A stretch of 64,000 nucleotides of DNA from Spirochaetia bacterium (GTDB taxonomy: Bacteria; Spirochaetota; Spirochaetia; CADAEX01): assembly GCA_963662265.2 (NCBI GenBank), contig CAXXHA010000013.1:108110-172109 (forward strand). The letters run 5' to 3'. The notes beneath the pieces are model-generated. The model searched no databases and was not told where the DNA came from. It worked only from the letters and a program-made list of their open reading frames with translations. Positions 1 through 9,743 of the stretch are shown here, one piece after another. Made by a program: the position numbers and the translations under genes. Within the stretch, counting starts at the first letter, position 1, and every line of letters begins with the position of its first letter.

Positions 1-116
1 GGTCGTTCCCCCTTCAGTATGCTGAGTGCATTATTAATTTCCTCGAAAAAAGGATAATTTTTCCTTTTATAAAGATCTGAAAAAAGATATTCTGTTATTG
101 CTTTCAAACTATTCAT
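1..116 (-). CDS. 5' part of an unidentified gene running off the left edge
   Basis: Minus-strand ATG at 116 preceded by GGAG; frame open to the edge (MNSLKAITEYLFSDLYKRKNYPFFEEINNALSILKGER...). Confidence 0.55.
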   Translation of the reverse strand, partial: MNSLKAITEYLFSDLYKRKNYPFFEEINNALSILKGER

Positions 117-251
117 AATTATCTCCGGACTTTTTTAATTGTAGTTCATATATCCTGTGCGGTAAATAAATTTGACTTATATCGAAGCAGAATAATAGAA
201 TTATTAAAGCAGACATTTTTTTGTCTGAATAATACTTATCGGAGGATATTG

Positions 252-500
252 ATGGAATACAGACTTGTGCTTGTTAAAGTCGACCAGAGAACAGATTCTG
301 CTGAAATGGTGCAGAAAATACTGACAGATTTCGGATGCAGCATAAAGGTGAGGCTGGGGCTGCATGATGTGCCCTGTAATTCATGTTCACCTTCAGGGCT
401 TATTTTTTTGCAGGTATCAGGGGATGATGAACCTGTAAAGGAGATGATTACTGAACTGAATAACCTGGACAATGTGACAGCAAAATATGTGACTGTGTAG
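252..500 (+). CDS. Small ACT-like protein, TM1266/iron-only hydrogenase system regulator-like
   Basis: GGAGG at 241-245, ATG 252; VQKILTDFGCSIKVRLGLH...GLIFL pattern typical of this family. Confidence 0.6.
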   Translation: MEYRLVLVKVDQRTDSAEMVQKILTDFGCSIKVRLGLHDVPCNSCSPSGLIFLQVSGDDEPVKEMITELNNLDNVTAKYVTV

Positions 501-638
501 TCTGTATTGCTGCAGCTGTATCAGGGATCTGAAATCAGCATGAATATACCTGAATGATAAATTTTGTATTGAATTTTATAAAGATGTTCTGCCGATAAGG
601 GAAGTGTATAATTTTAATAAGAGGCTTTTAAATACGTT

Positions 639-2324
639 ATGATGTTTGATCCTGAATCCCTTTACAAACATGCTCTCTATATACAGGAAAAGTATGATGA
701 TAATCCTGTATATATTGTGAATTACCTCAGTGAACTCCTCAAAAACAATCTGACAGCTGATTCAGACAACACTTATATTGAAAAAACCAGGAAAATAATA
801 CTTGATTATACATCTTCTGCAGATTCAGGAAATACAGCACCAGGCAGCGACAGTAATGTTGATCTTGAAGAGGCGCTTGAGAAGGCTTCAAGAGAGATTA
901 AATTCAGAAGAGAGATTGAGGAATATTATCTCCCGAAGCAGCTTGTAAATGCGATTATGGAACTGGGACATATTCCTGAAAAGTCAATTGAAACAAACAT
1001 TGGAATTGCCTTTATAGACCTTGTAGATTATTCATATATTTCCAAATTTCTTAGCCCTATGGAAAACCAGTCTGTGCTTAACGGGCTTTTTTCCGCATTC
1101 AACTGGATACTGCAGAGACATTCAGGTTATCTCAACAAGATTGAAGGCGACAGCATGATGTTCCACTTCGGCGGGCTGACTGATCCTGTAACCCGGAATA
1201 TGGAGGACAGAGAAGGGCAGCTGTATATAGCCAAGGAACTTTTTCATACATGCGTTGAGATGCAGAGGGCATGTTTTCTTTTCAACCAGGCAGATGACAG
1301 TTTTCTTGAAGGGGAAGTCAGCGAGGAAACAACAGAAGCAATTAAAAAGGCTTTTGATATAATAAGCAACCTGAGAAACAGTTTTGAACTGTCCTATTCC
1401 ATGAATGCCCTTTTTCAGATAAGGATAAGAATCGGTGCAAATATCGGTGATGTTACTCTGGGTAATTTCGGGCCGGACGGCGCCAAGCAATGGGATGTAA
1501 TAGGTCTACCTGTTATTGAAGCAAAAAGAATGGAATCAACAGCTCCTATAGGCGGTTTAAGGATATCAAAGAAATACTATGATCTTCTCAAGGAGACTGG
1601 AATTGTAGACGGTTATTATAACCAGTTCAAGCAGGATGCCCAGATTCAGATGGGGTATTTCAAGGATATTTCCCTTGATGAGCTTTTCAGTTACAAGAAG
1701 GTTATGCTTAAGGATAAGAAAAATGCAGTCTTTGAAAGCTACAGTGTCCAGGTTAACCCGGCCCTTCCCGAAGCTCTGTCTGCCCAGGTAAGAATATTCC
1801 TTACAAAAGGTGTTACCGGGATAGATAGAATTATTGAACTGCTGGAGTACTACAGGGGTAATAAATTTGTCATAAGCGCAATTGAATCTGTTTTTATTCA
1901 GAAAGGGCTTCATATAAGGAAGGAAGAGATTCTCAAGACAATGTATCCTGAGAAATACCAGATATTTCTTGAAAAACTTGGCCTTGATGAAGACAAGGTG
2001 AAAATGTTTATCAGGGAAACATACAGCCTTTTTGATCTTTTCTGCAAGCTCGGCTCTTATCAGGACAGAATCAATGCCATACCCAACAACGATTTTGATA
2101 CATCGGGTTTCATGAATTATTCACAGTATTTCGACAACAGCCAGAAGACAATACTTGATTTCTTTGATGAGAAAAAACTCTCTGTTTTCTACAGAACATT
2201 TTTCTATGATATGCTTTATCCCTCCTTTTTCCTTCATATAAGGGCCAGCATCTATGAATATCTTTCTGAAAATGAACTTGATGAAGATATTGAAGAAGTG
2301 GAAGAAGTTCTGGAAGAAATCTGA
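639..2324 (+). CDS. Soluble class III adenylate/guanylate cyclase domain protein
   Basis: Motifs IAFIDLVDYS, NKIEGDSMM, IRIGANIG, QWDVIGLPVIEAKRMES; no TM segment evident. Confidence 0.8.
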   Translation: MMFDPESLYKHALYIQEKYDDNPVYIVNYLSELLKNNLTADSDNTYIEKTRKIILDYTSSADSGNTAPGSDSNVDLEEALEKASREIKFRREIEEYYLPKQLVNAIMELGHIPEKSIETNIGIAFIDLVDYSYISKFLSPMENQSVLNGLFSAFNWILQRHSGYLNKIEGDSMMFHFGGLTDPVTRNMEDREGQLYIAKELFHTCVEMQRACFLFNQADDSFLEGEVSEETTEAIKKAFDIISNLRNSFELSYSMNALFQIRIRIGANIGDVTLGNFGPDGAKQWDVIGLPVIEAKRMESTAPIGGLRISKKYYDLLKETGIVDGYYNQFKQDAQIQMGYFKDISLDELFSYKKVMLKDKKNAVFESYSVQVNPALPEALSAQVRIFLTKGVTGIDRIIELLEYYRGNKFVISAIESVFIQKGLHIRKEEILKTMYPEKYQIFLEKLGLDEDKVKMFIRETYSLFDLFCKLGSYQDRINAIPNNDFDTSGFMNYSQYFDNSQKTILDFFDEKKLSVFYRTFFYDMLYPSFFLHIRASIYEYLSENELDEDIEEVEEVLEEI

Positions 2325-2350
2325 AATTTTTTTACATGTAAATTCCTCTC

Positions 2351-2378
2351 TTGACTTTTCATTATAACATGTGATATT
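2351..2378 (+). promoter_or_regulatory. Putative sigma70 promoter of fabD
   Basis: TTGACT 2351-2356, then TGt-GATATT 2370-2378. Confidence 0.45.
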
Positions 2379-2545
2379 TTTCCGCGCCTAATTTACAGAG
2401 TACAGAAATCCTGCCGTTGAAAAAGCTTTTCACTTGCGGAAACAAAGGAAGTACTCTATTATTTTTAGTTTTATAGGCATGCAGAATGTGCATATTGTTT
2501 CATTTTTGCGGCGCTCAGCTGCTCTTTAAATGGAGGAAGTAAAAA

Positions 2546-3472
2546 ATGGCAAATTGTTTTTTATATCCCGGTCAGGGGGCCCAGTACCCCGGTATGGGAA
2601 AAGATCTATGGGAAAAAAGTGAAGAAGTAAAAAAACTTTTTAAAACTGCTTCAGAAAGCACTTCAATGGACCTTGAAAAACTCCTGTTTGAAGGAACAGC
2701 TGAGGATCTCAAGGCTACTGACAAGACACAGGTTGCAATAACTCTTGTGAATGTTGCATCTGCTCTTCTTTTAAGGGAAAAGGGTATTGTCAGTGATGTG
2801 GCAGCAGGTTTCAGCCTTGGAGAAGTTTCAGCTCTCTGGGATGCCGGAATTATCTCATCAGAGGACCTTTTTCCGCTTGTAAGGGAGAGAGGTAAAATAA
2901 TGGAGAAAGTAAGCAGATCTCTTGATACTCCTGAAGGATCACCTGGTATGGCTGCTGTAATCGGAATGGATTATGACAAGGTAGACAGCATTATTAAAGG
3001 CGAAAAACTCGATGAACTTTTTATTGCAAACTACAACAGCCCGGTGCAGATAGTTCTTTCAGGTACTGACAGCGCACTCAATGCAGGTGAAAGTATTTTC
3101 AAAGAGAACGGCGCAAGAAGGTTTATAAGGCTTAAAGTCTCAGGACCGTTTCACTGCCCTCTCATGAAAGATGCTGAAACAGAGTATGCCGAAGTTCTTA
3201 AAGGTTTTAATTTCAACGATCCTGTAAAGAAGGTTTTTTCAAATGTTACGGGAGCTGAGATTAAATCCGGGGAAGAGGCTAAAGAGCTGTGTGCAAAACA
3301 GCTTACATCAGGAGTTCTCTGGGTTAAAGAGGAAAAAGCGCTTCTTGAACTTGGTATTGAAAAATGCCTGGAAGTTGGACCCGGTAATGTACTCGGAGGC
3401 CTTTGGAAGGCTGTCGGGGGAGATATTAAATGTCTGCCCGCAGGAACTGCTGAAGCTGTAGATGCTGTCTAG
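2546..3472 (+). CDS. fabD: Malonyl-CoA:ACP transacylase
   Basis: YPGQGAQ, GFSLGE active-site Ser, ANYNSPVQIV, VSGPFH; GGAGG RBS. Confidence 0.95.
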   Translation: MANCFLYPGQGAQYPGMGKDLWEKSEEVKKLFKTASESTSMDLEKLLFEGTAEDLKATDKTQVAITLVNVASALLLREKGIVSDVAAGFSLGEVSALWDAGIISSEDLFPLVRERGKIMEKVSRSLDTPEGSPGMAAVIGMDYDKVDSIIKGEKLDELFIANYNSPVQIVLSGTDSALNAGESIFKENGARRFIRLKVSGPFHCPLMKDAETEYAEVLKGFNFNDPVKKVFSNVTGAEIKSGEEAKELCAKQLTSGVLWVKEEKALLELGIEKCLEVGPGNVLGGLWKAVGGDIKCLPAGTAEAVDAV

Positions 3473-3833
3473 CATTAAAAAAGAAATACAGGGCTGTCTG
3501 CCTCCTGTCTCCGGTAAACTTCCGGATCTGCAGACTGCTTAAACTGTAATTTGTAATATCTTGCAGCCGGTATGTGTACTGGCTGCATCTTGTTATAACA
3601 ACGAGAACCAGGTTTGTTTACCGGCTGTTTTTCAGCTGTTGAATATTTTCAGGAAGATAAAATCATCTTTTCATATGAGAAGATAGATAATGCTGTACTG
3701 CATGGAAAATCTTCAGATTGAAAATGTACAGGGATATGCCTGGTTTTCCGGGATAAATAATCATGAGTAATCCGGTCATGCATTGAATTGGATGTGTTAT
3801 TTAATAGGTGATCCGGGTAAAAGGAGAATAGAA

Positions 3834-4577
3834 ATGTTACTAGAAGGAAAAAAAGCTTTTGTGACTGGCGGTGCCAGAGGAATCGGAAGGGAAATTGTTC
3901 TTAAATTCCTTTCAAACGGCGCAACTGTTTATTTTAATGATATAAACGAAAGCGAGTATATGGGTGAATACCAGGAACTTGCTGCAAAAAATAACTGCGA
4001 AGTGTTTTTCAAAAAAGCAAATGTTGCAGATGAAGCTGAAATTACAGCTGTTGTTGAGGAAGTACTTGCAGAGAGCGGCGGAATCGATATTGTCGTAAAC
4101 AATGCAGGTATTACAAGAGACGGTCTTCTCATGAGAATGAAAGCGCAGGACTGGGATGATGTAATCAAAATCAACCTTACAAGTGCTTTCTATATCAGCA
4201 AAGCTTTTTCAAGAGCCATGCTCAAGCAGAAATCAGGCTCAATCATCAATGTTGCTTCTATCGTAGGTGTTATCGGAAACGCAGGACAGTGTAATTACTC
4301 AGCTTCAAAGGCAGGTCTTATCGGGTTCAGCAAGAGCCTTGCAAGGGAAGTTGCTTCACGAGGCGTAAGAGTAAATGCTGTTGCTCCCGGTTTTATTCAG
4401 ACTCCAATGACAGACAAGCTTAACGAAGACCAGAAAAATGCGCTTTACAGCCAGATCCCGCTCAACAGACTCGGGGTTCCTGAAGAAGTTGCTAAAGTTA
4501 TCCTTTTTCTCGCGTCAGATCTTTCGTCATATGTTACCGGTCAGGTAATTAATATTGACGGCGGAATGGGAATGTAA
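3834..4577 (+). CDS. fabG: 3-oxoacyl-ACP reductase
   Basis: TGGARGIG, NNAGITRD, YSASK; start moved to ATG 3834 after AAGGAG. Confidence 0.95.
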   Translation: MLLEGKKAFVTGGARGIGREIVLKFLSNGATVYFNDINESEYMGEYQELAAKNNCEVFFKKANVADEAEITAVVEEVLAESGGIDIVVNNAGITRDGLLMRMKAQDWDDVIKINLTSAFYISKAFSRAMLKQKSGSIINVASIVGVIGNAGQCNYSASKAGLIGFSKSLAREVASRGVRVNAVAPGFIQTPMTDKLNEDQKNALYSQIPLNRLGVPEEVAKVILFLASDLSSYVTGQVINIDGGMGM

Positions 4578-4587
4578 AAGAGGTTTT

Positions 4588-5823
4588 ATGAAAAGAAGAG
4601 TAGTTGTAACAGGCCTTGGTACAATAAACCCGATAGGGAATAATGTCGATGAATTCTGGGCCGGTGCACGGGAAGGCAGAAACGGAGTAGGTCAGATAAC
4701 AAGGTTTGATACTGAAGGTTTTGCCTCTACAATTGCGGGAGAGGTCAAGGATTTTGATCCGACTCTTTATATGGAAAAGAAGGAAATCAAGAAAATAGAC
4801 CTTTTTTCTGTTTATGCTGTTGCTTCCTCTACAGATGCTGTTAAGGATGCCGGAGTTAAAGAGGGTGATGTTGATCCTGAACGGTTTGGAGTTATTCTCG
4901 GAAACGGTATAGGGGGATTTGAAACAATCGAGGAAGGGTATCAAAAACTTCTTGACAGGGGACCGAGAAGGCTCCCTGTAATGACAGTTCCAAAGATGCT
5001 TTCAAACCTCGGGCCCGGTAATGTTGCGATTGCCCTGAATGCCCAGGGACCCTGCTACACAGTTGTTACTGCATGTGCTTCAGGTACAGATGCAATCGGG
5101 GATGCTGCACGATGGATTGAATCAGGCGCATGCGACATGATGGTGACAGGGGGTGTTGAGGCTCCTATAACTAAAATGGGTGTTGCAGGTTTCAATGTAA
5201 TTCAGGCATTGAGTACCAGGAACGATTCTCCCGAAACAGCAAGCCGTCCTTTTGACAAGAACCGTGATGGTTTTGTTATGGCAGAAGGGGCTGGTATTCT
5301 TATTCTTGAAGAGTATGAGCATGCTGTAAAAAGAGGGGCTAAAATTTACTGTGAGCTTGCAGGGTATGGAATTTCATGCGATGCAAACCATATAACAGCA
5401 CCCCATCCGGAAGGAAAAGGCGCTGTTCAGGCAATTAGAATGGCTCTCTCAACTGCAGGAATCAAGCCTGAAGATGTTGATTATATCAATGCTCACGGAA
5501 CTTCCACTCCGCTTAACGATAAAACTGAAACACTTTCCATCAAGAAAGCGTTCGGAGAGCATGCATACAAGCTTAAAGTTTCATCAACAAAATCCATGAC
5601 AGGCCACTGCCTGGGAGCTGCAGGCGGTGTTGAGGCTATTGCTTCAGTTCTTGCAATCAGGGACCAGTGGGCGCCTCCGACAATTAACTATGAGACAGCT
5701 GATCCTGAATGTGATCTTGATTATATTCCCAACAAGGGTATTGATCTCAAGATTGATTATGCTATGTCAAGCTCTCTCGGATTCGGCGGGCATAACGGGA
5801 TACTTATTTTCAAGAAAATATAG
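4588..5823 (+). CDS. fabF: Beta-ketoacyl-ACP synthase II
   Basis: RRVVVTGLG, TACASG, NAHGTST, KSMTGH, GFGGHN; ATG 4588 after GAGG. Confidence 0.95.
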   Translation: MKRRVVVTGLGTINPIGNNVDEFWAGAREGRNGVGQITRFDTEGFASTIAGEVKDFDPTLYMEKKEIKKIDLFSVYAVASSTDAVKDAGVKEGDVDPERFGVILGNGIGGFETIEEGYQKLLDRGPRRLPVMTVPKMLSNLGPGNVAIALNAQGPCYTVVTACASGTDAIGDAARWIESGACDMMVTGGVEAPITKMGVAGFNVIQALSTRNDSPETASRPFDKNRDGFVMAEGAGILILEEYEHAVKRGAKIYCELAGYGISCDANHITAPHPEGKGAVQAIRMALSTAGIKPEDVDYINAHGTSTPLNDKTETLSIKKAFGEHAYKLKVSSTKSMTGHCLGAAGGVEAIASVLAIRDQWAPPTINYETADPECDLDYIPNKGIDLKIDYAMSSSLGFGGHNGILIFKKI

Positions 5824-5852
5824 AGTTGAATCTGTATTCTGAAATATAAATC

Positions 5853-5893
5853 AGCGGCAGCAGATACCGGCCAGGTGTCAGCTGCCGTTTTTT
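5853..5893 (+). terminator. Rho-independent terminator after fabF
   Basis: gcggcagc..gatacc/ggtgtc..gctgccgt stem followed by a T run. Confidence 0.75.
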
Positions 5894-6061
5894 AATTACA
5901 GGATGTAATTATCCCGAGTACGAAGTATACGGGACAGGGCAGGGGTGGACAATAACGAGGCGAGTTACACGGATGAAACTATGCCGGCCAGTCCTGTATG
6001 GTGCATAACCTTTACTGTTTCCTTTAAAGACACAAGTTCATTATTCTGCTACTATAATGTT

Positions 6062-7660
6062 ATGAAATCTGTTTTATCTGTATCCAACCTTTCTTTTACA
6101 TTTCCTGAATATTCATCAATGAAAAACAGGCCGCTTTACAATAATCTTTCATTTAAAGTTGAAGAAGGGGAAATTGCCCTGTTTCTCGCGCCGCCTGAAA
6201 CAGGAAAAACAACCCTGTCCAGAATAATTACTTCTCTCATACCCCGGTATACAGGGGGTAAGCTGTCTGGGGAAATCAGAGTTTCAGATATAGATACGCA
6301 AAAGGAAAAACCGTATAACATTATTGACAGTGTGGGAATTGTTTTTCAGGATCCCGAGGAGCAGATCCTGACCCCGCTGGTTGAAAATGAAATTGCTTTT
6401 GCCCTCGAAGCTTCAGGCCTTGATTATGATGAAATTGAGAAAAGGGTTGAATCAGCTATCAGCTTCATGGATATTGATAACCTGAGAGGAAAAAATCCCG
6501 CCCTGATGTCAGGCGGAGAGAAGAGAAAACTTCTGATATCATGCCTTGCAGCATCTGATCCGGGGCTGTGGATACTTGATGAGACTCTTGAGGAGATTGA
6601 TCCTGAGGCAAGAAAAAATATCCTCAACAAACTGAAGGAGAGCGGTAAGACTGTATTTATTCTGACTTCAAAAATGCTTGATATATACAGCAAGTACTGC
6701 AGCAGTTTTTTTCTCTACAACGGGAAAACTCTTTTTTCTGAAAAGGGAATCCCCGGTGATGATTTCATCCGGAAAGCTGAAGCTGCCGGTGTTTTTTTAA
6801 GGCATGATAATATTGTTTACCCTGCAGGCAGTTTAAATGTTAACGAAGGTATTAACAGAGATATGAAAGATGAACAGGCGGGAAATACTGAATCTTTCGT
6901 ATCTTCACATCTGGATGATAATGAAATACTCATAAGGGCCGAAAATATACGTTACAACTATCCGGGAAGTAGTTTCTCCCTTACTGTCGATGATTTCAGC
7001 CTCAGGCAGGGAGAAGTTGTAGCGCTTCTCGGGCATAACGGATCCGGAAAATCTACATTTGCCAAAATACTTGCAGGGCTTATTAAACCTGATTCAGGTA
7101 ATATATATATGAATAAGAGCATAGGGGCTGAAATAAGCGGGAGACCGGGAGAAAGCCTCTCAACTTTGCCGGAAAGAGCAGATCTTCTTACCCTGAACAG
7201 GAATACCGCATATCTTTTCCAGAATCCTGATTATCAGCTTTTTCTCCCGACAGTAAGCGATGAACTTTCTTTCGGCCTGAAAGGGGAGAGGGTGGATAAG
7301 AAAACAATAACAGATAAGGTGAAAAATGCATTGTCTCTTTTTAAATTGGAAGATCCCGAAACTCCTCCGGCCCTCATGAGTTACGGTGCCAGGAAAAGGC
7401 TCCAGGCAGCTGTTTATTACCTTCTTGAAAAAAGGATTATTCTTATTGATGAAGCTGATTCAGGTCTTTCTTTCGATGACTATGCATCAATTCTCGAAAA
7501 ACTGAACAGCAGCAGCACGCCTCATACAGTGCTTGTCATAACGCATGATGTAAAGCTTTCCTCCAAGATTGCAGACAGGATTGTCATGATGAAAGAGGGC
7601 AGGGTTATTACTGATAATCCTGAAAAAGAGTTTGAAAAACTGATAAAGCTGACATTTTAG
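6062..7660 (+). CDS. ECF transporter fused double ATPase (EcfA-A')
   Basis: Two ABC domains, VFQDPEEQI and LFQNPDYQLF Q-loops, GHNGSGKS; start placed at ATG 6062. Confidence 0.85.
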   Translation: MKSVLSVSNLSFTFPEYSSMKNRPLYNNLSFKVEEGEIALFLAPPETGKTTLSRIITSLIPRYTGGKLSGEIRVSDIDTQKEKPYNIIDSVGIVFQDPEEQILTPLVENEIAFALEASGLDYDEIEKRVESAISFMDIDNLRGKNPALMSGGEKRKLLISCLAASDPGLWILDETLEEIDPEARKNILNKLKESGKTVFILTSKMLDIYSKYCSSFFLYNGKTLFSEKGIPGDDFIRKAEAAGVFLRHDNIVYPAGSLNVNEGINRDMKDEQAGNTESFVSSHLDDNEILIRAENIRYNYPGSSFSLTVDDFSLRQGEVVALLGHNGSGKSTFAKILAGLIKPDSGNIYMNKSIGAEISGRPGESLSTLPERADLLTLNRNTAYLFQNPDYQLFLPTVSDELSFGLKGERVDKKTITDKVKNALSLFKLEDPETPPALMSYGARKRLQAAVYYLLEKRIILIDEADSGLSFDDYASILEKLNSSSTPHTVLVITHDVKLSSKIADRIVMMKEGRVITDNPEKEFEKLIKLTF

Positions 7661-7789
7661 TAATAGACTTTATATATATGGGTAATGAGTATCCGGCATG
7701 AAGCACTTCGCTGAGCAGGCTTGTGCATAAGGAGAGGCAGGAGCAATGAAGATGAAGCATTTTGATATAAGCAATAAAAAGGAAGCATA

Positions 7790-8566
7790 ATGATAACTGA
7801 AACATATTTAAAGGGTAATTCATTTCTTCACCGGCTTGATCCCCGTCTTAAAATCATATATCTGCTGTTTTTTTCTGTTATTTTCTTCCTTCCTGTTTCT
7901 GTTGTGAAATATTATTCAGCATTTGCCCTGATATTTATATCATCATCTGTTTCTGTAGGTATCAGAAATACTCTCTCCCCTCTGAAGGTTATAATGCCTC
8001 TTATTTTTCTTATAATGCTTCTCACCCCATTGTTTCACACAGGCGGAACTGTAATACTCAGATCAGGCAGCTTTACAATACTTACATCATCCGGACTGAG
8101 CGAAACACTTCATCTTGTGGGGAGGTTTCTGGGGGTAACTCTCCTGTTTTTTATTTTTCTGAGGACAACCCGGATTGATGATTTTATTCTTGCCTTAAGG
8201 TATTTCGGCCTTTCCCATAAAAATGCGGTAGTTATAACAATAACTTTAAGGTATATCCCCTATCTCATGTCTGTTTATGTGAATACTGTCGATGCCCACA
8301 AGATGAGGCTGACTGTTAATACAAGGATACCCGGTAAATGGAATTTCCCCTCCCGTTTCAGAAATCTTCTTTCTGTTCTTACTTCAGTCCTTATCCAGGC
8401 TGTTAAGGGGATTCCTGTTCTTGCTATGGCGCTTGAAACAAGGGGTTTCGGCCGGAAAACAGAACACGGATCCAGGAGAAAGATGAAAGGCTTCAGGGAA
8501 CTCCTTGCCGATATTATATTGTCATTAATTATTTTTTTAGGTATTCTGTGTTACCTTGTCTTATAA
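7790..8566 (+). CDS. ecfT: ECF transporter transmembrane T component
   Basis: SFLHRLDPRLK, LRYIP, ALETRGF motifs. Confidence 0.9.
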   Translation: MITETYLKGNSFLHRLDPRLKIIYLLFFSVIFFLPVSVVKYYSAFALIFISSSVSVGIRNTLSPLKVIMPLIFLIMLLTPLFHTGGTVILRSGSFTILTSSGLSETLHLVGRFLGVTLLFFIFLRTTRIDDFILALRYFGLSHKNAVVITITLRYIPYLMSVYVNTVDAHKMRLTVNTRIPGKWNFPSRFRNLLSVLTSVLIQAVKGIPVLAMALETRGFGRKTEHGSRRKMKGFRELLADIILSLIIFLGILCYLVL

Positions 8567-8761
8567 GTATTTTTTTATTCATTGATGGGATTGATATCTC
8601 ATTACTGGATAAACAGAACAGAACGCATTCATGCATTTGTTCTGTACTTACATTGTAAGCGGGAATATTATATGTCCCGGACTGAAGCTATACTGAAAAA
8701 TTAACAATTTCAGCCGGTAACAATATTCCTGAAAACCACTTTATAAGGTGAGGGTGAAATT

Positions 8762-9319
8762 ATGCCTGACGCAGAAAAATTTACAAGTACGGCAGCTTTC
8801 AGGGTTGCTTCCATTGCAGTTTTATCTGCCATCACAGCGATTTTTACAATTGCTGTCAGAATTCCGGTTGCTCCTACAAGGGGGTATATTAATCTTGGCG
8901 ATGTTGCGATTTTCTTTGCAGCATTTATTTTCGGTCCTGTAACTGCTTTTATTACAGGAGGTCTTGGTACAGCTATTGCCGATATTCTTGGCGGATTCGG
9001 ACAGTGGGCTCCAATTTCTTTTGTAGTTCACGGACTTCAGGGTTTCGTGATAGGACTTGTATACAATATTCTTCTTAAAAAGGAAGAATCATCCGGAAAA
9101 GGCAATTTTCTTGTACAGGGTATTCTTACATTCGCAGCAGGAGCTCTGGTCATGGTTACAGGCTATTTTATTGCCGGTGTATTCATGGTTGGTCCGGGCG
9201 CCGCAGCGGTTGAAATACCAGGAAATATTTTTCAGAATATTGCAGGGGTAATCGGCGGTCTTGCTCTGACTTTGGCGGTACGGAAAGCATATCCTCCTGT
9301 AATAAAGTTCAGGTGGTGA
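8762..9319 (+). CDS. ECF transporter S component (HmpT/PdxU-like; substrate uncertain)
   Basis: Hydrophobic 185 aa with GYINLGD...FGP, GTAIADIL, EIPGNIFQ. Confidence 0.85.
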   Translation: MPDAEKFTSTAAFRVASIAVLSAITAIFTIAVRIPVAPTRGYINLGDVAIFFAAFIFGPVTAFITGGLGTAIADILGGFGQWAPISFVVHGLQGFVIGLVYNILLKKEESSGKGNFLVQGILTFAAGALVMVTGYFIAGVFMVGPGAAAVEIPGNIFQNIAGVIGGLALTLAVRKAYPPVIKFRW

Positions 9320-9729
9320 TGAAACTTAATTTTTGTTTACCGGAAAATGATATGTCGCAGGCAGGTACTGCCTCGACGCAACTTAAAAAAAAGCTGCTGC
9401 AGCTGGGTATTCCCACTGCAGTAGTTAAAAAAGCTGTTATAGCTCTTTATGAAGCTGAAATCAACATGGTTATTCACGGCAGGGGGGGAGATATTGATAT
9501 CCATATTACCCCTGAAGAGATTACAGCTGTCCTTGCAGACAAGGGGCCCGGGATTCCCGATATAGAACTTGCCATGCAGGAGGGATATTCCACTGCTACG
9601 GATGATATCAGGGAAATGGGGTTCGGAGCCGGTATGGGGCTTCCAAACATTAAAAAGAATTCTGATTACTTTAAAATTGACAGTGAACCAGACAATGGTA
9701 CAACTGTGACAATAAAGGTATCTATATAG
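9319..9729 (+). CDS. RsbT/RsbW-like anti-sigma factor Ser/Thr kinase (GHKL ATPase)
   Basis: YEAEINMVIH, DKGPGI, GYSTA, GFGAGMGLPN, GTTV; TGATG overlap with the S-component stop. Confidence 0.85.
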   Translation: MKLNFCLPENDMSQAGTASTQLKKKLLQLGIPTAVVKKAVIALYEAEINMVIHGRGGDIDIHITPEEITAVLADKGPGIPDIELAMQEGYSTATDDIREMGFGAGMGLPNIKKNSDYFKIDSEPDNGTTVTIKVSI

Positions 9730-9743
9730 ACGGGAAATAATTT

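Noticed and set aside
5900-5990. HDV-like ribozyme (minus strand begins GGCCGGCAT) or hammerhead (cggatgaaac)
   Set aside because: No complementary P1 strand or P1.1 GG; the hammerhead CUGANGA/GAAA core is not properly arranged
8567-8761. Vitamin riboswitch upstream of the ECF S component
   Set aside because: Only generic hairpins; no TPP, FMN, preQ1 or cobalamin core seen
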